DNA of 64,000 nt from Octopus sinensis (GCF_006345805.1 NC_042997.1:132122001-132186000); one strand, 5' to 3'. Shown: positions 11,400-22,347, numbered from the stretch's first letter. Made by a program: numbers and translations. The notes: generated by a model from the letters alone, not told the origin.

Positions 11400-11537
11400 A
11401 GAGCTACTTTTTTGAAAGCAGCAGAATCTTTTTCGAGTAGTTTTATTTGCGATTCTAATTGCAAAATTGAGGTGTAAACATCTGGTAGGAGAAAGGGAGT
11501 AGCATTTGATACCATGCCCTTTTGTTCCATTTCATAC
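11400..11537 (-). CDS. SPAG16: SPAG16 coding exon 5 ((W)YEMEQKGMVSNATPFLLPDVYTSILQLESQIKLLEKDSAAFKKVA-L)
   Basis: Matches recalled WYELIQKG...PDVYTQIMLLENENKNL. CTACAG acceptor, GTAAGT donor, 138 bp, phase 2-2. Confidence 0.93.
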
Positions 11538-11942
11538 CTGTAGCGGGAGATAAGAAGTAAAAATGGTGAATGTGACCAAAACTGAGATTAGCAGCTTTGA
11601 GACATTTACATTGCAGACTTCATATTTTGAATTTAAATCCTTCAAGAGTTGAGACTTGTTTTTCGGGCCTCACAATAAAATTCTATAAAACATGGCAAAG
11701 TAATATTTTACTGGGGTCCATTCAATTGATTATACATTTATTTAGGAAAGAGATTATTTCACAATGTAACTGTTACCAAGGGACACCACATATTTAAAAA
11801 AAACGATTATAGTATTACTGAAAAAAAATTGGGGGCTTTGTAACTGACTCCTCAAAAGAAATCTCAAAATATCAATGATTGTCTGTATTTTAATCATTAA
11901 TTCTATAATGTAGTCTGCCATGGTAATTAAACTGAAAAGCAT

Positions 11943-12381
11943 TATCTATTTCTTTATTGCCTACAGGGGCCTAAACATAGAGGGGACAAACAAGGACACA
12001 AACGGATTAAATCGATTATATCGACCCCAGCGCGTAACTGGTACTTATTTAATCCTCCCCGAAAGAATGAAAGGCAAAGTCGACCTTGGCAGAATTTGAA
12101 CTCAGAACATAACGGCAGATGAAATACCTATTTCTTTACTACCCACAAGGGGCTACACACAGAGGGGACAAGCAAGGACAGACAAACGGATGCAAGGACA
12201 GACAAATGGATTAAGTCGATTATATCGACCCCAGTGCATAACCGGTACTTATTTAATCGACCCCGAAAGGATGAAAGGTAAAGTTGACCTCGGCGGAATT
12301 TGAAATCAGAACGTAACAGCAGACGAAATACCGCTTAGCATTTTGCCTGGCATGCTAACGATTCTGCCAGCTCACTGCCCT
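11943..12381 (-). mobile_element. SINE family C with an internal about 190-bp tandem duplication
   Basis: Two successive units, each with GGGGACAAACAAGGAC...TCGACCCCAG..ACTGGTACTTATTTAATC..CCCGAAAG.ATGAAAGG.AAAGT.GACC. Confidence 0.8.
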
Positions 12382-13073
12382 AAAAAAACATTATCATCAT
12401 TCACAAGCAAATCATGACTTTATATCATGTACTATTCTTTTGCTAATGGTTTCAGGCGCTTTTGAGGTCATAGATACCCACTCAGCTCTTCTATCCTTCA
12501 TCTAGCAGAACATCAAGGATGAGAGAAAGAGTGAGAGAGAGAGAGAGAGAGAGAGGATGTACACATGATGGCAGATACTCCTTTCAGCTTAGACAGGAGC
12601 AATATAAAATGGAGTATCTTGCTCAAGGATACAACATCCAGCACTGTCCAGGAATTGAACCCTTGACTTTAGGATTCAGGGTGTAACACTTTAACCCCTA
12701 GGCAATGTGCTTCACTGCAGAGTAATTAGTATTATTACATATCACGAACCCTATAATGTGGTGATAATTGTCCAGGAATGGCTTCAAAATGTCAGTATTC
12801 TCACTTGAATTGCTAATGTTATATTAAAGGATATTGAATATTACACTCCCAAATTTCAAAAAACGTTGATGTATTACGAGCCAACACATCTACGTGGTTG
12901 TTATACTTGCTAGAAATAGAAAATAGGTGTCCCTCAAATTGATCCTACTCTAAAAAATGGAAGGATATTTTGGATAATATATACATAAAAAAACCCCAAA
13001 ATGTTTAGAGCAACATAAAAGGAATAATTTCCATTTTCATGAAGGCAATATTATAATTTCCGTAAGGTTTAGA

Positions 13074-13463
13074 CTCTCTTTTACTTGTTTCAGACATCTG
13101 ACTGCGGCCATGCTGGAGCACCGCCTTCAGTCGAGCAAATCGGTCCCAAGACTTATTCTCTGTAAGCCTAGTACTTATTCTATCAGTCTCTTTTGCCAAA
13201 CCGCTAAGTTACAGGGATGTAAACACACCAGCATCGGTTGTCAAGCGATGTTGGGGGGACAAACACAGACACACAAACATACATACATATACATACATAG
13301 GACGGGCTTCTTTCAGTTTCCGTCTACCAAATCCACTCACAAGGCTTTGGTCAGCCTGAGGCTATAGTAGAAGACACTTGCCCAAGGTGCCACGCAGTGG
13401 GAATGAACCTGAAACCATGTGGTTGGTAAGCAAGCTACGTACCACACAGCCACTCCTCCGCCT
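13074..13463 (-). mobile_element. SINE family A
   Basis: Full-length reverse-complement copy. Confidence 0.9.
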
Positions 13464-13514
13464 GACAATCATTTCTCAACTATGAGGTTTTGGGCTCAGT
13501 CCCACTTTGTGATT

Positions 13515-13790
13515 GAACGTGGCTTAGTGGTTAGGGTGTTCATGTTCTGATCATAAGGTCATAAGTTCCAAATGAGGCATTACACTTTTTTTCACATTGC
13601 TCCAGTCCAGTCAACTGGCAAAAATGAGTAGTACCTGTAATTAAGCAAGGGCCAGCCTTGTCACATTCTGTGTCATATTGAATCTCTGTCAGAACTACAT
13701 GAAGGTTACATGTGTCTGTGGAGTATTCAGCCACTTGCATGTTAATTTCACAAGCAGGCTGTTTCATTGATCAGATCAACTTGAATACTC
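13515..13790 (+). mobile_element. SINE family E
   Basis: GTGGCTTAGTGGTTAGGG head; TTCACATTGCTCCAGTCC; GGGCCAGCCTTGTCAC. Confidence 0.7.
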
Positions 13791-13792
13791 AA

Positions 13793-14036
13793 GTTAGCAT
13801 GCTGGGTGAAATGCTTAGCGGTATTTCATTTGCCGCTACGTTATGAGTTCAAATTCCGGCGAGGTCGACTTTGCCTTTCATCCTTTTGGGATCGATTAAA
13901 TAAGTACCAGTTATGCACTGGGGTCAATTAAATAAGTACCAGTTACACACTGGGGTCAATATAATCGACTTAATCTGTTTGTCTGTCTTTGTTTGTCCCC
14001 TCTCTGTGTAGCCCCTTGTGGGCAGTAAAGAAATAA
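13793..14036 (+). mobile_element. SINE family C (32-bp internal duplication)
   Basis: GAGTTCAAATTCC B-box, GACTTTGCCTTTCATCC domain, and TTAAATAAGTACCAGTTA...GGGGTCAA twice. Confidence 0.8.
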
Positions 14037-14198
14037 GATCAACTGGAACACTCATTCTAACCAATGGAGTACCAGTTTCCCACTTCGTGGCACCATGAGC
14101 AAAGTCATGTGAGTGGATTTGGCAGATGGAAGCTGAATGAAGCCTCTTGTACACATATAACATACATACGTGTATGTATGCATGTATATGTGCATGTG

Positions 14199-14231
<33 letters not shown>

Positions 14232-14544
14232 ATGCACGTGTGTGTGTGTATTTGTGCCTCCTTCTCTTGACATGGCATGATAGTTGCAAATGAGTCTCAC
14301 TGTTATACAAGTGGTGTTATGTTTTTCCAGTCTCCTGTGAAAATATGTTCAGGCATGGGAAAATATTACCTTGATGGAAACAAGGATTGGTGGAAGGATA
14401 GGCATTTGGGTCTAGAAAATCTGCCCCAACAAACTGCATCCACTCATGCAAACATGGAAAGTAGACATTAAAATGATGGTGATGATGTTTCCTTACACTA
14501 GAACTGCTCAAACTTAATAACAAAATCAAAATCAAAATCAAATT

Positions 14545-15065
14545 CAATGACTGTCATCCGTGCCAGCGGGGTGCAAAAAGTACCATACAAGTGTGATTGT
14601 TGACAGAGCGGCTAACCAGCTTCCGTGCCAGGCACCAGTCGAGTGTCATTGTTGCCAGCGTCGCCTTACTGGCACTTGTGCCCATGCTAGTAGGGTGCTA
14701 AGAGCACCATCCGAGCGTGATCGTTGCCAGAGCGGCCAACTGGCTTCCGTGCCAATGGCACGTAAAAGGCATCATTCGAGCATGATCATTACCAGCATCG
14801 CCTCACTGGCACCTATGCCGGTGGCATGTGTAAAAAGATTTAAGCAAGGTCGTTGCCAGTATTGCCTTACTGACCCCCATGCCGGTGGCATGTAAAAGCA
14901 CCCTCTACACTCTCAGAGTGGTTGGCGTTAGGAAGGGCATCCAGCTGTAGAATCTCTGCCAGATCAAGATTGGAGCCTGGTGCAGCCATCTGGTTCACCA
15001 GCCCTCAGTCAAATCGTCCAACCTATGCAAGCATGGAAAGCAGACGTTAAATGATGATGATGATG
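14545..15065 (+). mobile_element. Repeat family B
   Basis: Subrepeats GGCAC..GTAAAA and a GACGTTAAATGATGAT tail. Confidence 0.8.
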
Positions 15066-15195
15066 ATGAATATATTTGACTGAATTAATTCCAGTAAAAC
15101 CTGGTACTTATTGTATTGAATACAGAAAGGTGAATGAGTCAATTCCTGACAAAATTCAGATTCATTTTATCTAAAGTTTTCAAATATTTCCTTAC

Positions 15196-15332
15196 CATTC
15201 TGTTTGGAAAGCATTTAGTGTTTTCCTCATTTTCATCTGTGCTAAAAAGTTGCAAATGAAATCATCCACTGTTTCAGGAATTTCTTTGACTGATGCCTCT
15301 GGACTTTCACTAACATCTTGTGGTTCAGTCAA
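15196..15332 (-). CDS. SPAG16: SPAG16 coding exon 4 (LTEPQDVSESPEASVKEIPETVDDFICNFLAQMKMRKTLNAFQTE-W)
   Basis: Matches the recalled SPAG16 LisH-like segment PEVIEDFLCNFLIKMGMTRTLDCFQSEW. AACAG acceptor, GTAAG donor, phase 0-2. Confidence 0.93.
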
Positions 15333-15484
15333 CTGTTTAAAGTAGGAGAAAATTTAAAGAGAAGATGCTGTTATCAGTTTCTTCATATATGGCATAAAAT
15401 TAAAACATAATTCTAAGGCAGTTAAATCAACTCTTTAGCATTCGGATTACTCTGTCAAATGTAATGCTTAGTTGTGTTTTTCTT

Positions 15485-15802
15485 TTTTTTTTCTTTTACT
15501 TGTTTCAGTCATTTGACCGTGGCCATGCTGGAGCACCGCCTTTAGTCGAGCAAATCGACCCCAAGACTTTTTCTTTGTAAGCCTAGTACTTATTCTATTG
15601 GTCTCTTTTGCCAAACCGCTAAGTTATGGGGACGTAAACACACCAGCATTGGTTGTCAAGCGATGTTGGTGGGGACAAACAGAGACACACACACACACAC
15701 ACACACATATATACATATATACGATGGGCTTCTTTCAGTTTCTGTCTACCAAATCCACTCACAAGGCTTTGGTCGGCCTGAGGCTATAGTAGAAGACACT
15801 TG
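15485..15802 (-). mobile_element. SINE family A (head truncated)
   Basis: Reverse-complement body and tail. Confidence 0.85.
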
Positions 15803-16094
15803 AACAGGAGCCAGTCCAGTGGCACTGGCAATGCCCTCACTCAAATGTTGTTTGTATGTCATTATTCAGTTTATTTCAACATTTCTTGCCAATAGAGAAA
15901 GAACCGGTTTCTAACCCAGATTGGAGTCTCCTTCATTGAAATTTCAACATCAACAACAGGGCATTTTTGCTTGTATATATGTATGTATTAATGTTTTGCT
16001 TAGGCATAGTGATACTGATAACATGGTGCTAGAACTCATTATATGCTTCAGAATAAAGTATTTGTTGGGTTCAGAGCAAAATGAGAGATTATAT

Positions 16095-16296
16095 AATAAT
16101 AATAATAATTGTGTACAGTGCTCAGGTGCACTACAACTCATCTAAAGTGTATATATAATCAGGTGTAGTTTCGGCGGATTTCGGAAAGCATGAGGGCCTT
16201 AAAAGATGCAGTGTCATGGCAGTCAACAACTGACGCAGGCAGTTTATTCCATGCTTCAGCAACTCTGAGCGTGAAAAAATGTTTCCGAAAGTCATG
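16095..16296 (-). mobile_element. CR1-type LINE short 3' fragment
   Basis: Homologous to 9868-10150 (gtacagtgctcaggtgcac...cttcagcaactct); (ATT)n tail. Confidence 0.75.
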
Positions 16297-16737
16297 ATGA
16301 AAGTCATGCCAAGGGAACAGGAAATTATGCAATGAACTTCAATAGCTTACAGCTGTTTCTGCAAGAAGGTGCAGTACACTCAGCTCTGATGTATTGCATC
16401 TTATAGTAGAAACAGGTGTAAGCTAATGAACTTCAATGCGTCATTTCCCATTCCTTTGTCTCTTATTTAATTCAACACAACACACACACACACACACGCA
16501 CACATGACAAACTTTTGCAGTATTTGTCAAATAATTTCCCCTCACAAGGTATTGGTCAACCTGTGGCTAAAGTATTGAACTAAATTGACAATGTACACAC
16601 AGTGAGGCCAGCTCTAAATTACATAGTCCCAATACAAACATCTTAACTGACTACCACCCATACCTGCATCCACCACCACCACCACCACCACCACTACAGC
16701 CTAAGTTATTTTACATCAGAAAATTACATTTTTAAAA

Positions 16738-17048
16738 ATTTATTTATGCACCCTTTTCAAGCCTAGCCAGGCTCATGGGCCCAGTTTCTTGGTTTCTATG
16801 GCATATGTGTTCCCCCCAGCTGGACAGGATGCCAGTCCATCACAGCATTACTCCAGAAACAGGAAGAAAGAGTGAGAGAAAGTTGGGGCGAAAGTGTACA
16901 ACAGGGGTCGCCACCCCCCCCTGCCGGAGCCTCATGGAGCTTTAGGTGTTTTTGCTCAACAAACACACACAACGCCCGGTCTGGGAATTGAAATTGCGAT
17001 CCTCCGACCGCGAGTCCGTTGCCCTAACCACTGGGCCATTGCGCCTCC
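16738..17048 (-). mobile_element. tRNA-derived SINE family D with a V-domain-like segment
   Basis: Head GGAGGCGCAATGGCCCAGTGGTTAGGGC; GATGGACTGGCATCCTGTCCAG resembles the V-SINE domain (from memory). Confidence 0.75.
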
Positions 17049-17087
17049 ACACAAAAGTACATAAGATACAATAAAACAGAAGATTAC

Positions 17088-17161
17088 ACTAGATGCTGAA
17101 CTGATCTTCTCTTTCTCTTCTACTTTCAGACACTTCAAAAGTGTGTTAAAATCTTCACTCC
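17088..17161 (-). CDS. SPAG16: SPAG16 coding exon 3 ((G)SEDFNTLLKCLKVEEKEKISSASS)
   Basis: TTGCAG acceptor and GTAATC donor, phase 1-0. GSEDF corresponds to human GEEDL; frame is compatible with both neighbours. Confidence 0.75.
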
Positions 17162-17251
17162 CTGCAAGCATAAATGAGTTATATCATTAATAAAGAGATT
17201 AATTATATTTGACATTTTATAATAACAAAAATAGTAATGATGATGATGATG

Positions 17252-17293
<42 letters not shown>

Positions 17294-17336
17294 TAATAAT
17301 AATAATAATAATAAATCATAATAATCATGATAATAA

Positions 17337-17890
17337 ATGCCCTGATGCAGTACCAAGCAATGGCTCTCATGGCTTCTCATCTTAACTGATTGGAAGTGTT
17401 ATCATGTACATTTTGTCTTGGTATAAAAGATGGGCTACAGCAAATATTCTGCTCAATACCACAGATTTGCTTGTCAGTTGCTTGATCTTAACCAGTTGAG
17501 CATGTCCCTTAGCGGCTGATGATATGTGCATCTCTGATCACAAGCAGAAGTAGCTGGGGAGCATCATAGCCATGTGTTAAGAGAAATTCGTTGGGGTTTG
17601 GATAATTCACCTCTGGAAACATGGGTGTTTCATTCATCATCCTTAAACAACCCTTATTCAGGGACCTTTTGAGTAGGATGGGCTATTCAACCTGAAGAAA
17701 ATTCTAACTGGGCCCCACTTGCAATGTCATATGCTGTTTATCTTGATATGAGATCACCATGTCGCACACATATAGTTGTGATGCATGTGCCTGGTGTACC
17801 CTTATCAGATGGGTCGTCATGATGGGTATACTGGGCTTCATATATTTTACCCCAGAGTCACTTTGATAGTATGAACTACTCTCTCACTCA
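17337..17890 (+). mobile_element. Non-coding interspersed element ending in (AAT)n, probably a non-LTR 3' UTR or derivative
   Basis: Sits between two (AAT)n tracts and ends CTCTCTCACTC(AAT)n. The family assignment is inference only. Confidence 0.45.
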
Positions 17891-18047
17891 ATAATAATAA
17901 TAATAATCCTTTCTACTGGAGGCACAAGGCCTGAGATTTGGAAGGAGGAGACTAGTTGATTACATCAACCCCAGTGTTTTACTGGTATTTAATTTATCGA
18001 CCCCGAAAGGATGAAAGGCAAAGTCGACCTCAACGGAATAATAATAA

Positions 18048-18399
18048 CTAGCACTATGACCTGGGTCATAGTGCTAGTGCATGCATATACAGCTGCGTGC
18101 GTGCACACATAGACGTGAGTACTGTCCAAATCTCCGACCAATCACATACAGCTAGCTGGCATTCAATTGGCGTATCAAGTTTTGGGTATTTTGATTGGGT
18201 TTTGGATAGAAAATTTTTTTAAAAGTCACTTCTATTGATTTTTAATGGCTTTGCAGGGTGACTGGGGAAATGTAAAGATGTGCACGACCACCCTTGAACG
18301 GTTTTGAATGACCATAGAAAGTGTGAGCCCTCTAACTGAAAAATTGTGGATTTGTATAAAGGATACATATACAGGCATTTTGCCGTTTATATATAGAGA
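18048..18399 (-). mobile_element. Non-autonomous mini-Helitron (352 bp)
   Basis: Minus strand: A|TCTCTATATATAAACGGC at the 5' end, terminal palindrome and CTAG|T at the 3' end; inserted in (AAT)n. Confidence 0.8.
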
Positions 18400-18403
18400 T
18401 AAA

Positions 18404-18441
<38 letters not shown>

Positions 18442-18509
18442 TGATGATAATAATGATGATGATGATGATGATGATAATATTAATGATAATAATAATAATA
18501 AATAAGAAC

Positions 18510-18790
18510 GGAATATCAAAAACATCTAGATAATATCCCAGGAGAACCATGTCTCAGAGAAATCCAAAAGATTGTACCAACAAGTAGTGCCCACATCCTT
18601 AAAAAAATCCTATCAATTGAAATGTCTGTGTTGTGCTACATGAAAATATTTCACTACTGTCTCTGCCACTTACCCTCCCCAAACTTTCAGTCATACTGTA
18701 ACATCTCTTGTCCTTCACTCACCCAAGGACACTGGATGTGTCTGGGCAAGTGATTGTAACAAACATGCAGATTAAAAGTAAATAATGATA
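18510..18790 (+). mobile_element. RLE non-LTR retrotransposon extreme 3' fragment
   Basis: YQKHLDNIPGEPCLREIQKIVPTSSAHILKKILSI, then a UTR and an AAT-rich tail; preceded by (AAT)n. Confidence 0.7.
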
Positions 18791-18804
18791 ATAAAAATTA
18801 TTAG

Positions 18805-19008
18805 CAAAGCACCAGGACCAAACTACTGAGTTACTGAGGCTATGGAAAGTGCAGATAAAATGTATTCATGTAGTTATATGTGCATTAGGAACTATCCCTA
18901 AAGATTTGAACAGAGGAAATGGGCATAAAACCTAGTTTGGTACAGCTCCAGAAAACAGTGTTATTAGGGATAGCTAGGATACTTAGGAAGGTTTTTAGCA
19001 TCTTAGAT
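18805..19008 (+). mobile_element. RLE non-LTR retrotransposon 3' fragment (different family)
   Basis: ELLRLWKVQIKCIHVVICALGTIPKDL, frameshift, then LVQLQKTVLLGIARILRKVF. Confidence 0.7.
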
Positions 19009-19071
19009 TACTTGTTGTTGCCCATGTTAGGAATTTTACTTTTCCAACAGTTTAACCTGTTGTGTGTATGT

Positions 19072-19104
19072 GGAATAATAATAATATAAATAATAATAAT
19101 AATA

Positions 19105-19199
<95 letters not shown>
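19072..19199. repeat. (AAT)n microsatellite (others at about 9615-9680, 17230-17335, 18403-18502, 20283-20320)
   Basis: Seen directly. Confidence 0.95.
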
Positions 19200-19200
19200 G

Positions 19201-20120
19201 GGAACAGAAACCTCTCCATGGCAAGTATGTGCCTGTAGCAAACAAGCTGATGTCGACCAGAAACACACGCACCAATGGTTACGAAGCTCAGGGCTAAAAG
19301 CAGAGAGTGAAGGTTTCATATTAGCTGCTCAAGACCAAAGCTTATTAACCTGGAACTACCAAGCCAATGTGATGAAAAATGGAGCTGACCCAAAATGCCG
19401 ATTCTGTAACGATGAGATTGAAACAATAGACCACCTAATCTCAGGGTGTAGAGTCTTAGCACCTGCAGAATATAAAGCAAGACATGACAGAGTCGGCCAG
19501 TATTTACATTGGACAATATGTTGGCATTATAAAATCAAAACCACCGACAAATGGTATAAACATCATCCTGAAGCTGTGACTGAGGGAGAAAATGTGTCGA
19601 TTCTATGGGACTTCCCCGTGCAGACCGACAGGACTATAAAAGCTAATAAACCGGATATCATTATAAAGGATCAGACAAAAAGGATGTGTTTATTAATTGA
19701 CATGAGTATTCCCCGTGATCACAATATAGCGGCGAAAGAATTTGACAAGATTAGTAAATATAAAGACCTGCTAATAGAAATGAAAAAAATGTGGTATCTC
19801 AAGGTGACTACAGTACCAGTGATTGTAGGATCTCTAGGAATGATAAAAAAAGGTACTGAAACCTATTTGAAAATGATTCCAGGCTTACCATCCCTACAGA
19901 AAGTGCGAAAAATCGTATTAACTGGAATGGCTCATGTACTGAGAAGAGCACTATAGCTGTGAAAATAACATCCATCCATGAATTTATTTATTTATTAATT
20001 TTTAAATACATATTTTATCTGTGTAATCTGGGAATGCATGCAATGCCCTTCTCTACCCTAGGTGTATGGAAAACATTCGGTGAGGAACGGAAGAAAATTT
20101 GAATAAAGAAGGAAAAAACA
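19201..20120 (+). mobile_element. R4/Dong-clade (RLE) non-LTR retrotransposon 3' fragment: CCHC knuckle, restriction-like endonuclease and 3' UTR
   Basis: KPLHGKY, then a frameshift, then QWLRSSGLKAESEGFILAAQDQ...CRFC...HLISGC...YKARHDRV...ILWDF...NKPDIII...IDMSIP...KISKY (ORF ends 19956). Flanked by (AAT)n on both sides. Confidence 0.92.
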
Positions 20121-20140
20121 TGATAATAATAATAATAATA

Positions 20141-20283
20141 CTGGGCACTGCACACATCCTATGCAAAACACTTTCAACACAGTAACCATCAGAGCATCAC
20201 AACAAATCACAGCACATACCCAAGGCACACAAAGCTGTGTTCGGTAGTGAAGTGAAAGCACGTTATAAAAATAAAACTACTGA
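20141..20283 (+). mobile_element. RLE non-LTR retrotransposon 3' tip
   Basis: LGTAHILCKTLSTQ* plus a short UTR, between (AAT)n tracts. Confidence 0.65.
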
Positions 20284-20320
20284 ATAATAATAATAATAAT
20301 AATAATAGTAATAATAATAA

Positions 20321-20548
20321 TACACTGGAAAAGGTAATGGATGAAAAGAAGGCAAAAATCCTCTGGGACTTTGACTTCTAGACAGACAAGGTATTAGAGC
20401 ACTGAAGGCTGGATATAGTAACCTTCAGGAAGGACTAACAAGAGTGCCTAATAATTGATGTGGTAGTGCCAGGAGATCAACATAACATCATGAGAAACAG
20501 AGAAAAGGTTGATAAATATGGAAACCTGAGAATTGAGATTGCTCTGGT
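20321..20548 (+). mobile_element. RLE endonuclease-domain fragment
   Basis: KAKILWDFDF*TDKVLEH*RLDIV...CLIIDVVVPGD...KVDKYGNLRIEI, starting at an (AAT)n tract. Confidence 0.75.
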
Positions 20549-20670
20549 CTAGGCGAAATTTGAACTCAGAATATAAAGGCAGACGAACTATTGCAAAGCC
20601 AGCTCGCCTCATTGTTTAGAATTAATATTAAAATTACAGATGTTCAGATAAGTAAAATATGGTGTCTTAC

Positions 20671-20748
20671 CTAATGATATAGCATCTTCATTAATGGAAA
20701 GCTCTTCATATTTATAATTTTCATCACAATCATCACTGTAATTTTCCG
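20671..20748 (-). CDS. SPAG16: SPAG16 coding exon 2 ((S)ENYSDDCDENYKYEELSINEDAISL-G)
   Basis: CAG acceptor and GTAAGA donor, phase 1-1. YKYEE aligns without gaps to recalled human YEYEE when spliced to exon 1. Confidence 0.85.
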   Translation of the reverse strand, partial: RKITVMIVMKIINMKSFPLMKMLYH

Positions 20749-21237
20749 CTGAAGTGATTAGTCAAAGAAGCAAAGCTGGTATAGTAGTTTAGCCCCAGGG
20801 TAACCTTGGTCAAGTAAACCTAAAATTAACTGTTTAGCATTTAGATTACTTTGTGAAATGTAAAACCTGTTTAATCAGCCGGCTGCCAACATGTTTTTCT
20901 GTAAAATAGGGGTAGATTACCTTGTTTAGGCTATATTATTACGGTCATCATAATTTGAATTTAACGTATGATAGTGTCTCATAAAGCAAGATTTCTATGT
21001 ATCTTAAATTTGCAGAATCACGGAGGTGTGAGTTCGAATCTCATAGCCAGCTGCTCAACACTTTTTTCTGCAAAATAGGGGTAGCTTATCCTGTTCAGGC
21101 TATATTATTAGCACTATCCTGCGTTTGAGAATTTAAAATCACTTCTTTAACTTTCTAAGACATCTCAACATCGGTTGTCAAACGATGGGAGGGGGGAGCA
21201 AACACAGACACACAAACACACACACACACCTATACGA

Positions 21238-22069
21238 TTTGAAATGACTCCAACCAACTGTGAAACATGGCGGTATCTCTGTAATGGTATGGGGTGCTCT
21301 CATAAGCATTGGTCGTTCTGAGTTGATCGAATGTGTTGGAAAAATAAATTCTGAAAACTTCATTGAAATATTTAACCCTTTAGCATTCAAACCAGCCATA
21401 TCCAACCAAAATATTTAACCTGTTTTATATTGAAACTGACCAGATCTCGCCTCTCACCTCAGCCCTACCATGTCCATTCTAAAACTAAAAAATCACATCA
21501 CTGAAATCTATAAATTACAAGATAATGCATGATTAATTCAAACCATTTTAAATAAACAAACATCACATTTGACAGAATAATCTGAACACTAAAGGGTTAA
21601 GCAAGGAGTACTTCCGATGTATTCACAAGATAACATAACAAAAAATGAGTTTTTATTCATGGAAGATGGGGCTCCATGCCATACAGCTAAAAGGAATCAA
21701 CAATGGCTGACTGAAAATGGGATCAAAAAGCTTCCTTGGCTGAGCCAATCTCCTGACATGAACCCAATTGAAAATCTTTGGAGCATACAAGATTGAGCTA
21801 TATGGAAAGCTCAACAGAAACCTAAGTATAAAGATGAATTGGTTTGATTGTTGCGTGAAAAGTGGGCAGAAATCCATAAGAGACAATCACAAAACCCCTC
21901 AGTTCAATGCCAAAAAGAATTTCTGAATTAAAAACTGCAAAGGGAATGTCAACTAAATACTAAAGTATGGAGTCCTACCTATCGATTACATTTCAATTGT
22001 TTGTTTTGCATATTAAATAACAGATTTTGAAAATTAAAGGTGTCTATTTACTTCCTGCATGTCTGTGTG
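21238..22069 (+). mobile_element. Tc1-family (DD34E) transposase relic interrupted by a MITE, with probable right TIR
   Basis: [15 protein letters not shown]...FMEDGAPCHTAK...WLSQSPDMNPIENLW...SSMPKRI...GMSTKY* (stop 21961-21963). Ends in ...CATGTCTGTGTG followed by TA. Confidence 0.9.
21376..21596. mobile_element. piggyBac-type MITE (221 bp)
   Basis: TTAA duplicated at 21372-21375 and 21597-21600. TIRs CCCTTTAGCATTCAAA and, as reverse complement, CCCTTTAGTGTTCAGA. Confidence 0.9.
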
Positions 22070-22080
22070 TATATATATAT

Positions 22081-22272
22081 ATTAAAATTATAATAATGGT
22101 GATGAATGATTACAACACCAGTCTGCTAGAAATAGACTCCAAATGGTCAAGGAATCACTCGCTTACAACCTTGTGTTATGGAGTAATAATCTAAGTGGTT
22201 CCTAGACCATTTGGGGTCTATTTCTAGCAGACTGGCATTGTAATCATTCAACACCCTTATTATGATTTTAAT
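22081..22272. mobile_element. Foldback/MITE-like element with about 68-bp inverted arms
   Basis: 22081-22148 is the near-perfect reverse complement of 22205-22272; flanked by TA-rich sequence. Confidence 0.75.
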
Positions 22273-22347
22273 ATGAATTAACTATTATGGTATTTTAGTA
22301 TGATGGCCAATGATAAATCATTAAATAATGACTTTATCCTAATTATG

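Noticed and set aside
14560-14895. ORFs in repeat family B (also 25922-26320, 26787-27185, 28016-28446)
   Set aside because: They come from internal subrepeats of a multi-copy non-coding element and frames are not conserved between copies.
18232-19319. Poly-Asn/Ile/Tyr/Leu and poly-His/Thr/Val-Cys ORFs here and elsewhere (e.g. 4415-4940, 23751-24094, 25426-25738)
   Set aside because: They are translations of (AAT)n, (CA)n and (CATA)n microsatellites.
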